From Candidatus Latescibacterota bacterium (GTDB taxonomy: Bacteria; Latescibacterota; UBA2968; GCA-2709665), in NCBI GenBank assembly GCA_965219995.1, contig CBDCOX010000002.1, forward strand, positions 1,376,001 through 1,440,000: 64,000 nucleotides of DNA, written 5' to 3'. The notes beneath the pieces are model-generated. The model did not search any database. It had not been told where the DNA came from and saw only the letters and a program-made list of their open reading frames with translations. Of this stretch, positions 36,067-46,262 are shown piece by piece (within the stretch, counting starts at the first letter, position 1; each line of letters opens with the position of its first letter). The translations under genes and the position numbers were made by a program.

Positions 36067-39000
36067 TCAACGCTCATCTTTCAACGATCTGCCTTTCCAC
36101 AACGCGTATACCGCGGGGATCACGATCAGCGTCAGCAGCGCGGACGAGGCGACACCGCCCACCATCGGCGCCGCGATGCGCTTCATGGTCTGCGACCCGA
36201 TTCCATGCCCCCACATAATGGGCAGCAGCCCAAGCAGCGTTGTCAGCACCGTCATCATCTTCGGCCTGACCCGTTCGACGGCGCCGGCGACGACCGCCCT
36301 CCGGAGGTCCGCGGCGTTCATTTCACCCCCCCGCGCCGCGCGAATGCGATCGTACGCCTGATCCAGATAGACCAGCATAACCACGCCGGTTTCCGCCGCG
36401 AGGCCGCCGAGCGCGATGAAGCCGACGCCCACCGCAACGCTCATGTTGTAGTCCAGCAGGTACATCAGCCAGATGCCGCCCACCATCGCGAACGGGAGGG
36501 ACAGCATGACGATCAGGCTCTCCTGCACGTTCCTGAAATTGAGATACAACAATAGGAAGATGATTCCAAGCGTGAGCGGAACCACCAGCTTCAGGCGCTT
36601 TTCCGCCCGCAGCATGTACTCGTACTGACCGCTCCAGGAAACCGAATAGCCCGGCGGCATGGACACCTTCTCCATCACCGCCTGTTGCGCACGTTTCACG
36701 TAGGTTCCGACGTCGATGCCCTGGATATCCACGTACACCCAGGCGTTCGGACGCGCGTTCTCGCTCTTGATTCCCGGCGTGCCCTTTCTGATGCGGATAT
36801 CGGCAAGTTGCGCGATCGGGATCTGGGCGCCGGTGGGCGTGGGAACCAGCACGCGACGGAGCGCGGGCAGGTTGTCCCGCAATTCTCTATCGTACCGGAG
36901 ATTTACGGGATAGCGTTCCAGCCCCTCCACGGTTGTGGTGATGTTCTTCCCCCCCATCGCGAACATAATCACGTCCTGGACGTCGCCAACGGTGAGTCCG
37001 TAACGGGCGGCAGCCTCGCGGTCGATGTCGAAATCCAGGTAGTTGCCGCCGGCGGCCCTTTCCGCGAACACGCTCAGGGTACCCGGCAGGTCGCGAATCA
37101 CCGTCTCGATCCGTTCGCCCAGACGCTGCAGCACCTCCAGATCTTCACCCGCGATCTTGATGCCCACCGGCGTCTTGATCCCCGTGGACAGCATATCGAT
37201 GCGCGTCTTGATCGGCATCGTCCACGAATTGGTCAGGCCGGGAAACTGGATCGCCTCATTCAATCGCTCGATCAACTTTTCGGGCGTCATTCCGGGGCGC
37301 CATTCGCTCTCCGGCTTCAGCGTTATCGTCGTTTCTATCATGGCCAGCGGCGCCGGGTCGGTCGCGGTTTCAGCCCGCCCGATCTTGCCGAATACGTCCT
37401 GTACCTCGGGAAAAGCCTTGATGATCTTATCGGTCTGCTGAAGCAATTCGCGCGCCCTTGTCACCGATACCCCCGGCAGGGTGGTTGGCATATAGAGCAG
37501 GTCCCCCTCGTAAAGCGGCGGCATGAATTCGGACCCGATCCGCTGCAGCGGGAACAGCCGGTCCAATCTCACCAGGGCCCGGTACGCGAGGCTTTGCGGT
37601 GCGTCGGAAAACCTGTCGAGCACCAGGCTGCGGAACGGAAAGAGCGTAACCAGCAGAACGGCCGCCGCTATTACCAGTGTTGCCGCCAGGTGACTCAGGA
37701 CCCACGCAATCACCGGGCGATACATCCAGATGAAGAACCTGCTGCTGGGATTGCGCGCTTCGGGACGGATCTTTCCCCGGACGAAGACACTCACCAGCAC
37801 AGGCACGATCGTGATCGCCAGCAGGGCCGCCGCGCCCATCGCGTAGGTCTTGGTATAGGCCAGCGGTTTGAACAGCCGGCCCTCCTGCTCCTGCAGGGCA
37901 AAGACGGGAAGAAAGGAAACCGTAATCATCAGCAGCGAGTAAAACAGCGCCGGGCCGATCTCTTTCGATGCGTCGACGATGATCTCCAGATGCCCCTTCC
38001 TGCCGTTGTTCTGTTCCAGGTGTTTGTGAGCATTCTCGATCATCACGATCGACGCGTCGACCATGGCCCCGATAGCGACCGCAATTCCCCCGAGCGACAT
38101 GATATTGGAGTTCAGCCCCTGGGTGTGCATCACGCCGAACGAGATCAGTACGCCCGCGGACAGCGCGAATACCGCGACAAACGCGCTGCGGAAGTGCAGG
38201 AGAAATACGACGCAGACCAGCGCCACGACCGTCATTTCCTCGATCAGTTTGGTTCGCAGGTTGTCGATGGCGCCGCGAATCAACGCCGACCGGTCGTAGG
38301 CCGTCCGGATTGAAACGCCCTCGGGCAGACCCGGCTTGAGCGAGTCGATCTTCTCTTTTACCCGATCGATCACGGCAAGGGCGTTTTCGCCGTAGCGCAT
38401 GACGACGATTCCGCCCACGACCTCACCCTCTCCGTTCCATTCGGCAAGCCCGCGGCGCAATTCCGGCCCCAACCGCACGGTGGCGACGTCTCCGACCCTC
38501 ACTGGCGTTCCCCCGGCATCCACCCCCACCGCGATGTTCCGGATATCGTCGATCGAGCGGATATAACCGAGTCCGCGCACCATGAACTCGGTTTCCCCGA
38601 ACTCCACGGTCCGCCCGCCCACGTCATTGTTGCTCCGCCGAATCGCCAAACTCACCTTTTGCAGCGGAATATTGTACGCCAGCAGACGGTTCGGGTCCAC
38701 GGTGACCTGGTACTGCTTCACGTACCCCCCCACGGCTGCCACCTCGGCCACGCCAGGGACGCTGCTGAGTTCGTAACGCAGGTACCAGTCCTGGATGGAG
38801 CGCAACTCCGCCAGATCGCGACTTCCCGTACGGTCCACCAGCACGTATTCGTACACCCATCCTACCCCGGTCGCATCCGGGCCGAGCCGGGGCGCGACGC
38901 CGCGGGGCAATCGATTCGACACGGTGTTGAGCGATTCCAGAACCCGGCTCCTCGCCCAGTACATGTCCGTGCCATCCTCGAAGATCACGTAGACAAACGA

Positions 39001-39270
39001 CAAACCGAAGAAGGAAAACCCACGCACGGCCTTCGCGTAGGGCACCGCCAGCATCGCCGACGTGAGCGGATACGTGACCTGGTCCTCCACCACCCGCGGC
39101 GCCTGCCCGGGGTATTCGGTCAGAACGATGACCTGAACGTCCGACAGATCCGGGATCGCGTCCAGCGGCGTATTCAGCATCGCATAGACGCCCCAGGCGA
39201 TCGCGAACACGGTGGCTGCCGCGATCAGAAACCGGTTCCGAAGACTGAGCTCAATGACTCGACCGATCAT
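36067..39270 (-). CDS. cusA: CusA/CzcA heavy-metal RND efflux transporter
   Basis: LDAIPDLSDVQV, GPDATGVGWVYEY, MPIKTRIDMLSTG, AETGVVM, RPKMMT. Confidence 0.95.
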   Translation of the reverse strand: MIGRVIELSLRNRFLIAAATVFAIAWGVYAMLNTPLDAIPDLSDVQVIVLTEYPGQAPRVVEDQVTYPLTSAMLAVPYAKAVRGFSFFGLSFVYVIFEDGTDMYWARSRVLESLNTVSNRLPRGVAPRLGPDATGVGWVYEYVLVDRTGSRDLAELRSIQDWYLRYELSSVPGVAEVAAVGGYVKQYQVTVDPNRLLAYNIPLQKVSLAIRRSNNDVGGRTVEFGETEFMVRGLGYIRSIDDIRNIAVGVDAGGTPVRVGDVATVRLGPELRRGLAEWNGEGEVVGGIVVMRYGENALAVIDRVKEKIDSLKPGLPEGVSIRTAYDRSALIRGAIDNLRTKLIEEMTVVALVCVVFLLHFRSAFVAVFALSAGVLISFGVMHTQGLNSNIMSLGGIAVAIGAMVDASIVMIENAHKHLEQNNGRKGHLEIIVDASKEIGPALFYSLLMITVSFLPVFALQEQEGRLFKPLAYTKTYAMGAAALLAITIVPVLVSVFVRGKIRPEARNPSSRFFIWMYRPVIAWVLSHLAATLVIAAAVLLVTLFPFRSLVLDRFSDAPQSLAYRALVRLDRLFPLQRIGSEFMPPLYEGDLLYMPTTLPGVSVTRARELLQQTDKIIKAFPEVQDVFGKIGRAETATDPAPLAMIETTITLKPESEWRPGMTPEKLIERLNEAIQFPGLTNSWTMPIKTRIDMLSTGIKTPVGIKIAGEDLEVLQRLGERIETVIRDLPGTLSVFAERAAGGNYLDFDIDREAAARYGLTVGDVQDVIMFAMGGKNITTTVEGLERYPVNLRYDRELRDNLPALRRVLVPTPTGAQIPIAQLADIRIRKGTPGIKSENARPNAWVYVDIQGIDVGTYVKRAQQAVMEKVSMPPGYSVSWSGQYEYMLRAEKRLKLVVPLTLGIIFLLLYLNFRNVQESLIVMLSLPFAMVGGIWLMYLLDYNMSVAVGVGFIALGGLAAETGVVMLVYLDQAYDRIRAARGGEMNAADLRRAVVAGAVERVRPKMMTVLTTLLGLLPIMWGHGIGSQTMKRIAAPMVGGVASSALLTLIVIPAVYALWKGRSLKDER

Positions 39271-39327
39271 ACGTTGGACTCCTGGTGTTCCATCCCGAAA
39301 CGGATTGCCTGAATCCGGGTTGGGATG

Positions 39328-40632
39328 CTAATGTTGATGACCCTTCGACCCGACCGCCCCGTGATGTTCGCCCATGGTGGCCAACGCCGCCTTGAGATTG
39401 CTCTCCGAGTCGATCAGGAACTGCGATGAAACGACAATCCGCTCGTCTCCCCGCAGCCCTCCGGTCACCTCGTAGACCTCGCCTGTTTCGACACCAAGCG
39501 TCACCTCACGCGGCGCGAAACGACCTTCGCCAAGGTCCAGAATCACCACGTTTCTTTCGCCTGACCGGATCACCGCCTGGGAGGGAACCACCACGGCCTC
39601 CTTCGCAACCTCCGACCGGATCCTTACCGTGGCGAACATCTCCGGCTTCAGGTCCAGTTCGGGGTTGTCGAATACCATCCTGACTTTCGCGGTTCGAGTC
39701 TTCGATTCAAGGAACGGATAGATGTAGGTCACCACACCATCGAACACCCGCCCTGGCGCGTAGGACAGTTCGACCTCGGCCGCCTGGCCCTCCTCGATCC
39801 AGGGCAACTCGTACTCGTAGATGTCGGCAACTACCCAGACCCGGGAAAGATCGGCGATGCGATAGAGATGCTCTCCGGCCCTGATATACGCCCCGTCGAA
39901 TACCGCTCGATGCACCACCACGCCCTCCTGGGGGGAGTGTATCGTCATCGTACGTTTTGTGTGCCGGGTCTCTTCCAGTTCGGCGATCTGATCTTCCACT
40001 ATATCCCAGTAGATCAGGCGCTGCCTGGCCGCGCCCAGCAGCGCATGTGCGGCCTTCAAGGCTTCCGCCGAAGCACTCTGCTCGAGGCGTTGGACGTAGT
40101 CCAGCGCCGTCAGATACTCCTCCTGCGCTGCGACCAGTTCGGGACTGTAGATCTGAAGAAGCGGCTGGCCCTTCTTCACCTCCTGCCCGGTGAAATCGAC
40201 GAACAGCCCCTCCACCCATCCGGTCACCTTCGTGTTGACGTCCGTCATCCGGGTCTCGTCGTAATCGACGCGGCCCATGGCGCGAACGGTCCGGCTCAAC
40301 GCCCGCCGTTCCACACCGGCAGTTTTGACGCCCATATTCTGTACCGTCGACGGATTGATCCTGACCTCGGAAACCGCTTCACCGTGGCCGCCTTCGTGCC
40401 CCGACCGTCCCGGCTGATCCGGCACAAGGTCCATTCCGCAGACGGGACAGCCCGCCGGCCTGTCCGACACAACCGTGGGGTGCATCGGGCACCGGTAGAC
40501 CGCCGGTCCGGTATCTTGAGACTCCGACGCCTCCTCCCTGCCCAGCCAGATTCCAGCCACAAATCCGATCCCCAGGGCAAGGATGATCACAACAATCGTC
40601 TTTGGACTCATAACGCGACCTTTCTTCTTCAC
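39328..40632 (-). CDS. cusB: CusB-type RND periplasmic adaptor
   Basis: YRCPMHP..CPVCGMDL heavy-metal domain, GWVEGL, YSPELVAAQEEY, FLIDSESNL. Confidence 0.92.
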   Translation of the reverse strand: MKKKGRVMSPKTIVVIILALGIGFVAGIWLGREEASESQDTGPAVYRCPMHPTVVSDRPAGCPVCGMDLVPDQPGRSGHEGGHGEAVSEVRINPSTVQNMGVKTAGVERRALSRTVRAMGRVDYDETRMTDVNTKVTGWVEGLFVDFTGQEVKKGQPLLQIYSPELVAAQEEYLTALDYVQRLEQSASAEALKAAHALLGAARQRLIYWDIVEDQIAELEETRHTKRTMTIHSPQEGVVVHRAVFDGAYIRAGEHLYRIADLSRVWVVADIYEYELPWIEEGQAAEVELSYAPGRVFDGVVTYIYPFLESKTRTAKVRMVFDNPELDLKPEMFATVRIRSEVAKEAVVVPSQAVIRSGERNVVILDLGEGRFAPREVTLGVETGEVYEVTGGLRGDERIVVSSQFLIDSESNLKAALATMGEHHGAVGSKGHQH

Positions 40633-40651
40633 CGTGCGCAGGCACGGTCGC

Positions 40652-41914
40652 CTAGAACAGGCGTTTCCCCACGACCGACTCGAGTTCAGCCAGTTTTTTC
40701 TCGCGCTGGATCACATGCCGGTAGTATTCGATCTCAAAGTCGAAGAGGGAGACCTGGTTATTCAGCAGGGTCAGAAAATCCACCTTGTTCACCTGGTATG
40801 CGGCCATCGCGGATTCCAGCGACTGCTGCGCCTGGGGAAGAATTGCGGTGCGATACAGTTCCGCCTCCTTCCAATGCTGCTCGATTTCCAGACAGATCCG
40901 CTCCACCAGAAACAGAATCTCCCGGCTTGCGTCCACTTTGCGCGCGCGGCCCATTCGAACATGTGCCTGTGCCTCGGCAACCCGGGAATCCCTTTTTCTT
41001 CCATTGAAGACGGGAAGGTTCAATCCCACGCCGAACGACAGAAAATCGCTGCCCATTACGGGGTCTGAGCCTACAGCGTCGCGTTGCATATATCCGAGGT
41101 GAAACGTCAGGTCCGGCCATCCTGATCGCCGCGCAACCTGTTCGGTCGCCGACCAGCCGGATATTGCCTGCTCGATTTCTTTCAGCAGCGGGCGGTGCGC
41201 AAGTGCCTGCCTCTGTACCTCCTGTACCGAATGCTCGAATGGCGTGGGTCTCACCTGGGGGGGTGCAATCACGGAAGTCTGCGGGGGCCTGTCGAGCACG
41301 CGGTTGAGCCGCGCCAGCGCAAGCAGCCGTCCGGATTCCAACCTGATGAGGCGGTCTCTCAACGCCGACAGCGACACATGCGCCTTCAGGACATCCTGCT
41401 GCAGCCCGCTGCCCACCTCGTATTTTTTCTGCGCGATCCGGATCAGGTCTTCGAGCAGGGTCCGGTTCTTTTCCGTCACCTCCATGGCCCGGGCGTAAAA
41501 CGCCAGCGCGAAATATTCCTGCTTCACCAGATTGACAATTGAGACCTTTCGGTCCGAGAGCACTTCCCTGGCAGCGCCGGCGGCGTATTCCGCGGCCATC
41601 TGCTTGGCGCGAAGCACGCCGGGAAGGGGAAAGCGCTGGCTGACGGACAACTGTTTTCCGGACATCGGCGTACTGTCGAAATCCGGACTGCCGGCGGGCA
41701 TGTTTTTCAGATCCAGGCGCAGCATCGGGTCTTCCAGAGCGCCCGCCCGGGGCACCCCGGCCTCGAACGCCGCAAGCCGATGCTCCAGAACCTTCAACCC
41801 GGTATTTTTCGCCAGCGCCGTGTCGATCAGCCCCTCCAGGTCGGGCGGACCGGCCCCGGCGATACCGGGACGCTGCGCCAGGCACAGAGCAACGAGAATC
41901 AGGAATCCCTTCAA
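40652..41914 (-). CDS. TolC-family outer-membrane efflux protein
   Basis: Signal peptide, LEDPML, SQRFPLPG, YEVGSGLQQDVL, AAYQVNKVDFLTLL. Confidence 0.88.
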   Translation of the reverse strand: MKGFLILVALCLAQRPGIAGAGPPDLEGLIDTALAKNTGLKVLEHRLAAFEAGVPRAGALEDPMLRLDLKNMPAGSPDFDSTPMSGKQLSVSQRFPLPGVLRAKQMAAEYAAGAAREVLSDRKVSIVNLVKQEYFALAFYARAMEVTEKNRTLLEDLIRIAQKKYEVGSGLQQDVLKAHVSLSALRDRLIRLESGRLLALARLNRVLDRPPQTSVIAPPQVRPTPFEHSVQEVQRQALAHRPLLKEIEQAISGWSATEQVARRSGWPDLTFHLGYMQRDAVGSDPVMGSDFLSFGVGLNLPVFNGRKRDSRVAEAQAHVRMGRARKVDASREILFLVERICLEIEQHWKEAELYRTAILPQAQQSLESAMAAYQVNKVDFLTLLNNQVSLFDFEIEYYRHVIQREKKLAELESVVGKRLF

Positions 41915-42065
41915 GACGCGTCACCTCCCTGACAGAAATATGTGGAAATGCAAATATGGATACCGGAGACGACGCCAAGGGACTCGCCTCAGGCAAATGC
42001 CGTGCAGACTGTACGAAAAGGGATGAAACCTGAGATGCCGCGGAGGTCGCGGGCAGGGGGGGAAA

Positions 42066-42428
42066 TCAGATCAGAAACGACGCATTCATCACGTACACAG
42101 GGGGCAATGCACGGACGGAAGCCGCGGACGACGCATACCCATCGCGGCGGCGTGAAGATAGAATCTCGTGCGAACCGGTCGATTGAAGTACGGTATGGAC
42201 GTCCGCACCCGAGATTCTCGGACTCGCGGCCGCCAGGGCAGGCGGCAATTGCGCGGGCTCGTTGGTGACGCTGCCGTCGTTCCCGGCGCAGCAGCAGTCA
42301 GACTCCGCCGGCTGGACGTGGCAGGTCTCAGCCTCAACCGGCATCACGCATAGACACTGGACGGCGGCAAGAACGAAGCCGACGGCCAGACATGCGATGG
42401 AAAGGGTGCGAATCACGGCGTGCCTCAC
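42066..42428 (-). CDS. Small Cys-rich exported protein heading the cus operon
   Basis: Signal-like N-terminus, CLC..CH..DCCC, PPVYVMNASFLI tail typical of leaders of metal RND operons. Confidence 0.6.
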   Translation of the reverse strand: MRHAVIRTLSIACLAVGFVLAAVQCLCVMPVEAETCHVQPAESDCCCAGNDGSVTNEPAQLPPALAAASPRISGADVHTVLQSTGSHEILSSRRRDGYASSAASVRALPPVYVMNASFLI

Positions 42429-42449
42429 ACGAGGGCAGGTTGTGTCGGG

Positions 42450-42478
42450 ATTATGGGTACTTCATATACGTTTGTCAA
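42450..42478 (-). promoter_or_regulatory. Sigma70 promoter of the cus operon
   Basis: TTGACA-17bp-CATAAT on the minus strand. Confidence 0.65.
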
Positions 42479-42669
42479 GTCCAGTTGTTCAATAAAAGTG
42501 AATTCCGAATTTGTGCGCCGGCCCGGCGAACACCGTTTCCGGCCCGCCAGGCGCACACATTACCGCCGATTCCTGGTCGTGGCGGAACCCGCGCTACCCG
42601 CGATCGGCGCCGCGTCGGACGACCACCGGGATGAGGATCACGGACCTGCAAAACGGGGCGACTTCCTAT

Positions 42670-43857
42670 CTATGCGACCCGCTGGAACCGTTCCCAGGCT
42701 TCGCCCGCCGCGGCCGCCTGGCGTTCCAACTCGCCGCGCCAGCCTACCACCTCTCCAGCCTTGATCCGCCCGATGTCATAACCGGCGTAACGATCTTCCA
42801 GCGTATCTCCGAGCTTCTGCGTTTCGGCCCATCGGTCCCACGCCGTTTTCATCCATTCATAGGGCAAAGCGTCCCGCACGGCCGAATCGAGCTGCCACGC
42901 GCTTCGCACGTCGGCCACCGCGGGTTCATCCGTAAATGGCCCGGACCACCGGGACCATCCGATGGAAAGCGTGTTCCGTTCCCTGTCCGGGACGGTGTGA
43001 CCCGTGTGGATGTTCGAGCCGATTCGGATGAGGGCTTCACCGGCCCGGAGCCGGACCGCAACCTGATCCGGCAACGGGTCTGTGCCGTTCCAGCTGGGCG
43101 TGTGTGGTACTCCTTTTTCCTTCATGGCTTTCGGGAGGAGCACATCATGCTCGAAGGGCGTGCGCCACCGATCGTGACTGCCGGGTATCAGTTCGTGGCA
43201 CTCGTCGTCGACCAGCGCCAGGAACATGCTTACGCCGTTCCGCTCATCGATCGACCTGGCGTTGTTTTCGCGGATTTCCTTCCAGCGTATCCGCTCGACC
43301 TCCTCCGAATACGCTTCGGGTCCCTCGCCCCGGATCTCGCGCTGCGCGAAGTAGGGTTTTCCGGTTCCCCACCACGTCACGTCCCGGTGCCAGCCGAGGG
43401 CGTGTTCCGCCTTGCGCGGGTTGCACCACAGCAGCAGCCCGCCGTACGTAACCTCCTCGGGCCCGAGCCCGTCGCACCAGGATCCCACGAAGTCCAGAAA
43501 GTCGTTCGAGCCGTGAAATTCCGCGAAACAGGGCTCATTGAACGCGGGATGTACCAGACCGCGAATCGCCCACGGCTCGTTCGCGCCCGTCCGGTGCACG
43601 TAACCCCGGGAACAGTCGATCCTGTCATAGCCGTTTTCCGGTGCGCAGGCTTCGGTAACGCGGCGGCCGGCTTCACGGAGCACGGGAATCCATGGATTGC
43701 CCACAAAGTCGTTGATAATGACGAAGCCGTGCTCCTTCAGATGGGCCAGCCGCTCGGGCGTGGCCCCCGGGGAGGACAGTTCCGGCTTTGCGTCTGCGAA
43801 GGCGGGCGCCCTGTAGGCGGATTCCGCGCCCGCAGCCGATGCGTTGTCGGTTCTCAT
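42670..43857 (-). CDS. Phytanoyl-CoA dioxygenase (PhyH) family Fe(II)/2OG oxygenase
   Basis: EHGFVII, WHRD, LIPGSH, LRAGEA, IHTG..R. Confidence 0.82.
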   Translation of the reverse strand: MRTDNASAAGAESAYRAPAFADAKPELSSPGATPERLAHLKEHGFVIINDFVGNPWIPVLREAGRRVTEACAPENGYDRIDCSRGYVHRTGANEPWAIRGLVHPAFNEPCFAEFHGSNDFLDFVGSWCDGLGPEEVTYGGLLLWCNPRKAEHALGWHRDVTWWGTGKPYFAQREIRGEGPEAYSEEVERIRWKEIRENNARSIDERNGVSMFLALVDDECHELIPGSHDRWRTPFEHDVLLPKAMKEKGVPHTPSWNGTDPLPDQVAVRLRAGEALIRIGSNIHTGHTVPDRERNTLSIGWSRWSGPFTDEPAVADVRSAWQLDSAVRDALPYEWMKTAWDRWAETQKLGDTLEDRYAGYDIGRIKAGEVVGWRGELERQAAAAGEAWERFQRVA

Positions 43858-44177
43858 GTCAACTCCTCTCAATCTGGATCAGGATTCACAGGATTCATTC
43901 GCCAATGGTCAATCTCAATATACGGTAAATCCCTTCAGTAGCTTTGTCAATAGCAATATCAAAGGAACCGTTGCGGCACGGCGCCGCAACACTGCATTCG
44001 CAATCCGGTCGACGAAATACAAAATCCTCGCCCATCATGTGAATTGTCCGTATATTTGAACTTTGGCATCGCGCCATTCTGCAAACACAACGCCTTCCAT
44101 CCTCACCCTCGCCTGGTTGCGTGTCCGGCCGGGAACGTCTTCAGCCCAATTGACGAACCAGGCGTTCGGGGTGCCTT

Positions 44178-46118
44178 TTGATCGAGGAAACAGGTGTGAA
44201 TCGGATCGCTTCAGCGTGCTGTATCGCCTGGCTGGTCTTTGTTGCTCATCCCGTACCCGCACAATCTCCCATTTCCCGGACCGGCCGTGCGGAAGCCGAA
44301 GCCCGGTTTGAAAAAGCGCTTCACGACTACACCGACGGCCGCTATCGCGCGGCGAAACGGGCGTTCCAGGCGTTGGCCGTGGACGACCCCGCGAGCCCGC
44401 GTGCGTCTGCCGCCCGGCTGATGCTGGCCAGATCGCAGTACAAACTCAAAGAGTACAACCTGGCGGTGGCTACGGCGGCAGGACTCCGCGAGACCTTCCC
44501 GAGCAGCAGGTATCTCCCGGACACCGACCTCGTCGTTGGCGACTGCAAGTTCAAGCTGGGACAGGTCTACACGGCAGCGACCCGGTACGCGCGCGTGGTG
44601 TCGGGACGGGGCGACATGCGTTTGAAGGCCAGGGCGGCAGATCGACTGGGGCAACTTGCGGGAACCGGTAAACTCACCGATGACGACGTCGACCGTCTGC
44701 AGAGCGACTTCGGAACCGGCGTCATCGCGGAGGCCGTCGCATTCGGCCGGGCCCGCTGGCCGTCGAGACTCGCCGGGGTCGAACCGTCCGGTCAGGCCAT
44801 GACCGGTTTTCTGGCCCGGTATCCCAACGGTATTTTTGAGGCGCTGGTACGTGAGGATACTGCGGCGCCGGGGCGCCCTGCGCCGGCCCGGTCCGGCGAA
44901 AAGCGGACGCCTGAAGAAGGCGTCGCGGAAACGCCCGACGATGCGCGATACACAATTGGCGTGATCGCGCCGCTGGCGAGCCCCCCGGGAAAGGATATGG
45001 TCGACGGGGTCCTGCTTGCCAGAGAGCTGCATCAGCTCAAGACCGGAGAGCAGGTCGCGCTGGTTTTCAAAGACTCGGAGGGCAGCCCGGTACGCACGAT
45101 CAAGGCCGCTCAGAATCTTATCGAAGAGCACGGTGTCATTGCAATTATCGGCGCCCTGACAAGCGCTGAAACCCTTCCGATCGCCGCGCTGGCCGGACCC
45201 TACGAAGTCCCGCTGATTGCGCCGACCGCATCGGAAGACGGACTTGCGACCCTGAATCCCTATGTCTTTCAGGTCAACGCCACGCCGGGCGCCCAGGGCC
45301 GCCGTATTGCCGACTTCGCGGTCCGGGAATCAGGACTGCGCACGCTGGCGACGCTCGCGTCCCGGGACTCCTACGGGGAACGAATCGTGAAAGAGTTCAC
45401 GGCCCGTGCCGAGGAATCGGGTTCGGACGTCATCGTTCAGACGTGGTACGAACCCGGCACTACCGACTACAAGGGCCAGCTGGAACGAATCAGAGACGCC
45501 GGCCTGGCGCTGCACCCGCCCGCAATCCTGGCCGCTGAAGCAGAATCACTGCTTCTGGGGGGCATCCGCCTGGCGCCGCCGCCGCCGGTTGTCGTCGATC
45601 CCGACACGGTGCAGCCGGTGCCGGTGCGGACGCTGGAAGGCCTGCTGATCGCCGGTGGAAAGGACGACGTCCTGCTGATCGCGCCCCAGATTGCCTTTCA
45701 CCGCATCCATTCGCGCCTGCTGGGCAGCGACGGCTGGAATCACCACGAAGTCGCGAGAGATTCCTATACGGACAGCGCGGTCTTTGTGGCCAAGTACTCC
45801 ACGCGCAGCGATCAGGTGTCCGTACACGAGTTCCTGGGCGCATTCAGGGAACGGTTCAACCGGGACCAGGGCATTGCTGCAGCGCTGGGATACGACGCGA
45901 TGACAGCCGTGTTGACGGCCATCGACCGGGGCGGCACGTCTCCGCGGCGGCTTCAGAACGCGCTCGAGAATCTCGGCGAGATACCCGGCGCCACCGGGAA
46001 AATATCCTTCAGCAGGGGCAATCGTGAGAACGCCTGGATGTATCTGCTGACCATCCGCAAGCGAAAGATTCAGCTTCTCTCCATCGGCCGCTCGGACAAG
46101 ACCGTGTCCGAGCCCTGA
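44178..46118 (+). CDS. TPR plus periplasmic-binding protein (LpoA/LivJ-like)
   Basis: Signal peptide, TPR helices, IGVIAPL, AIIGAL, ALGYDA, GATGKISF. Confidence 0.75.
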   Translation: MIEETGVNRIASACCIAWLVFVAHPVPAQSPISRTGRAEAEARFEKALHDYTDGRYRAAKRAFQALAVDDPASPRASAARLMLARSQYKLKEYNLAVATAAGLRETFPSSRYLPDTDLVVGDCKFKLGQVYTAATRYARVVSGRGDMRLKARAADRLGQLAGTGKLTDDDVDRLQSDFGTGVIAEAVAFGRARWPSRLAGVEPSGQAMTGFLARYPNGIFEALVREDTAAPGRPAPARSGEKRTPEEGVAETPDDARYTIGVIAPLASPPGKDMVDGVLLARELHQLKTGEQVALVFKDSEGSPVRTIKAAQNLIEEHGVIAIIGALTSAETLPIAALAGPYEVPLIAPTASEDGLATLNPYVFQVNATPGAQGRRIADFAVRESGLRTLATLASRDSYGERIVKEFTARAEESGSDVIVQTWYEPGTTDYKGQLERIRDAGLALHPPAILAAEAESLLLGGIRLAPPPPVVVDPDTVQPVPVRTLEGLLIAGGKDDVLLIAPQIAFHRIHSRLLGSDGWNHHEVARDSYTDSAVFVAKYSTRSDQVSVHEFLGAFRERFNRDQGIAAALGYDAMTAVLTAIDRGGTSPRRLQNALENLGEIPGATGKISFSRGNRENAWMYLLTIRKRKIQLLSIGRSDKTVSEP

Positions 46119-46262
46119 TCGCCGCCACCCGAAGAATTCCTCTGCGCAACACAACTGGCTCCCCCCTGGCATTTCTATTGCAATGGATACGGCAAGCGAC
46201 CGCCGGACGCATCGTCGGCCGCGGATAAATCGCCTGCTGCCAATGATCCATGCGCAAGAGTC

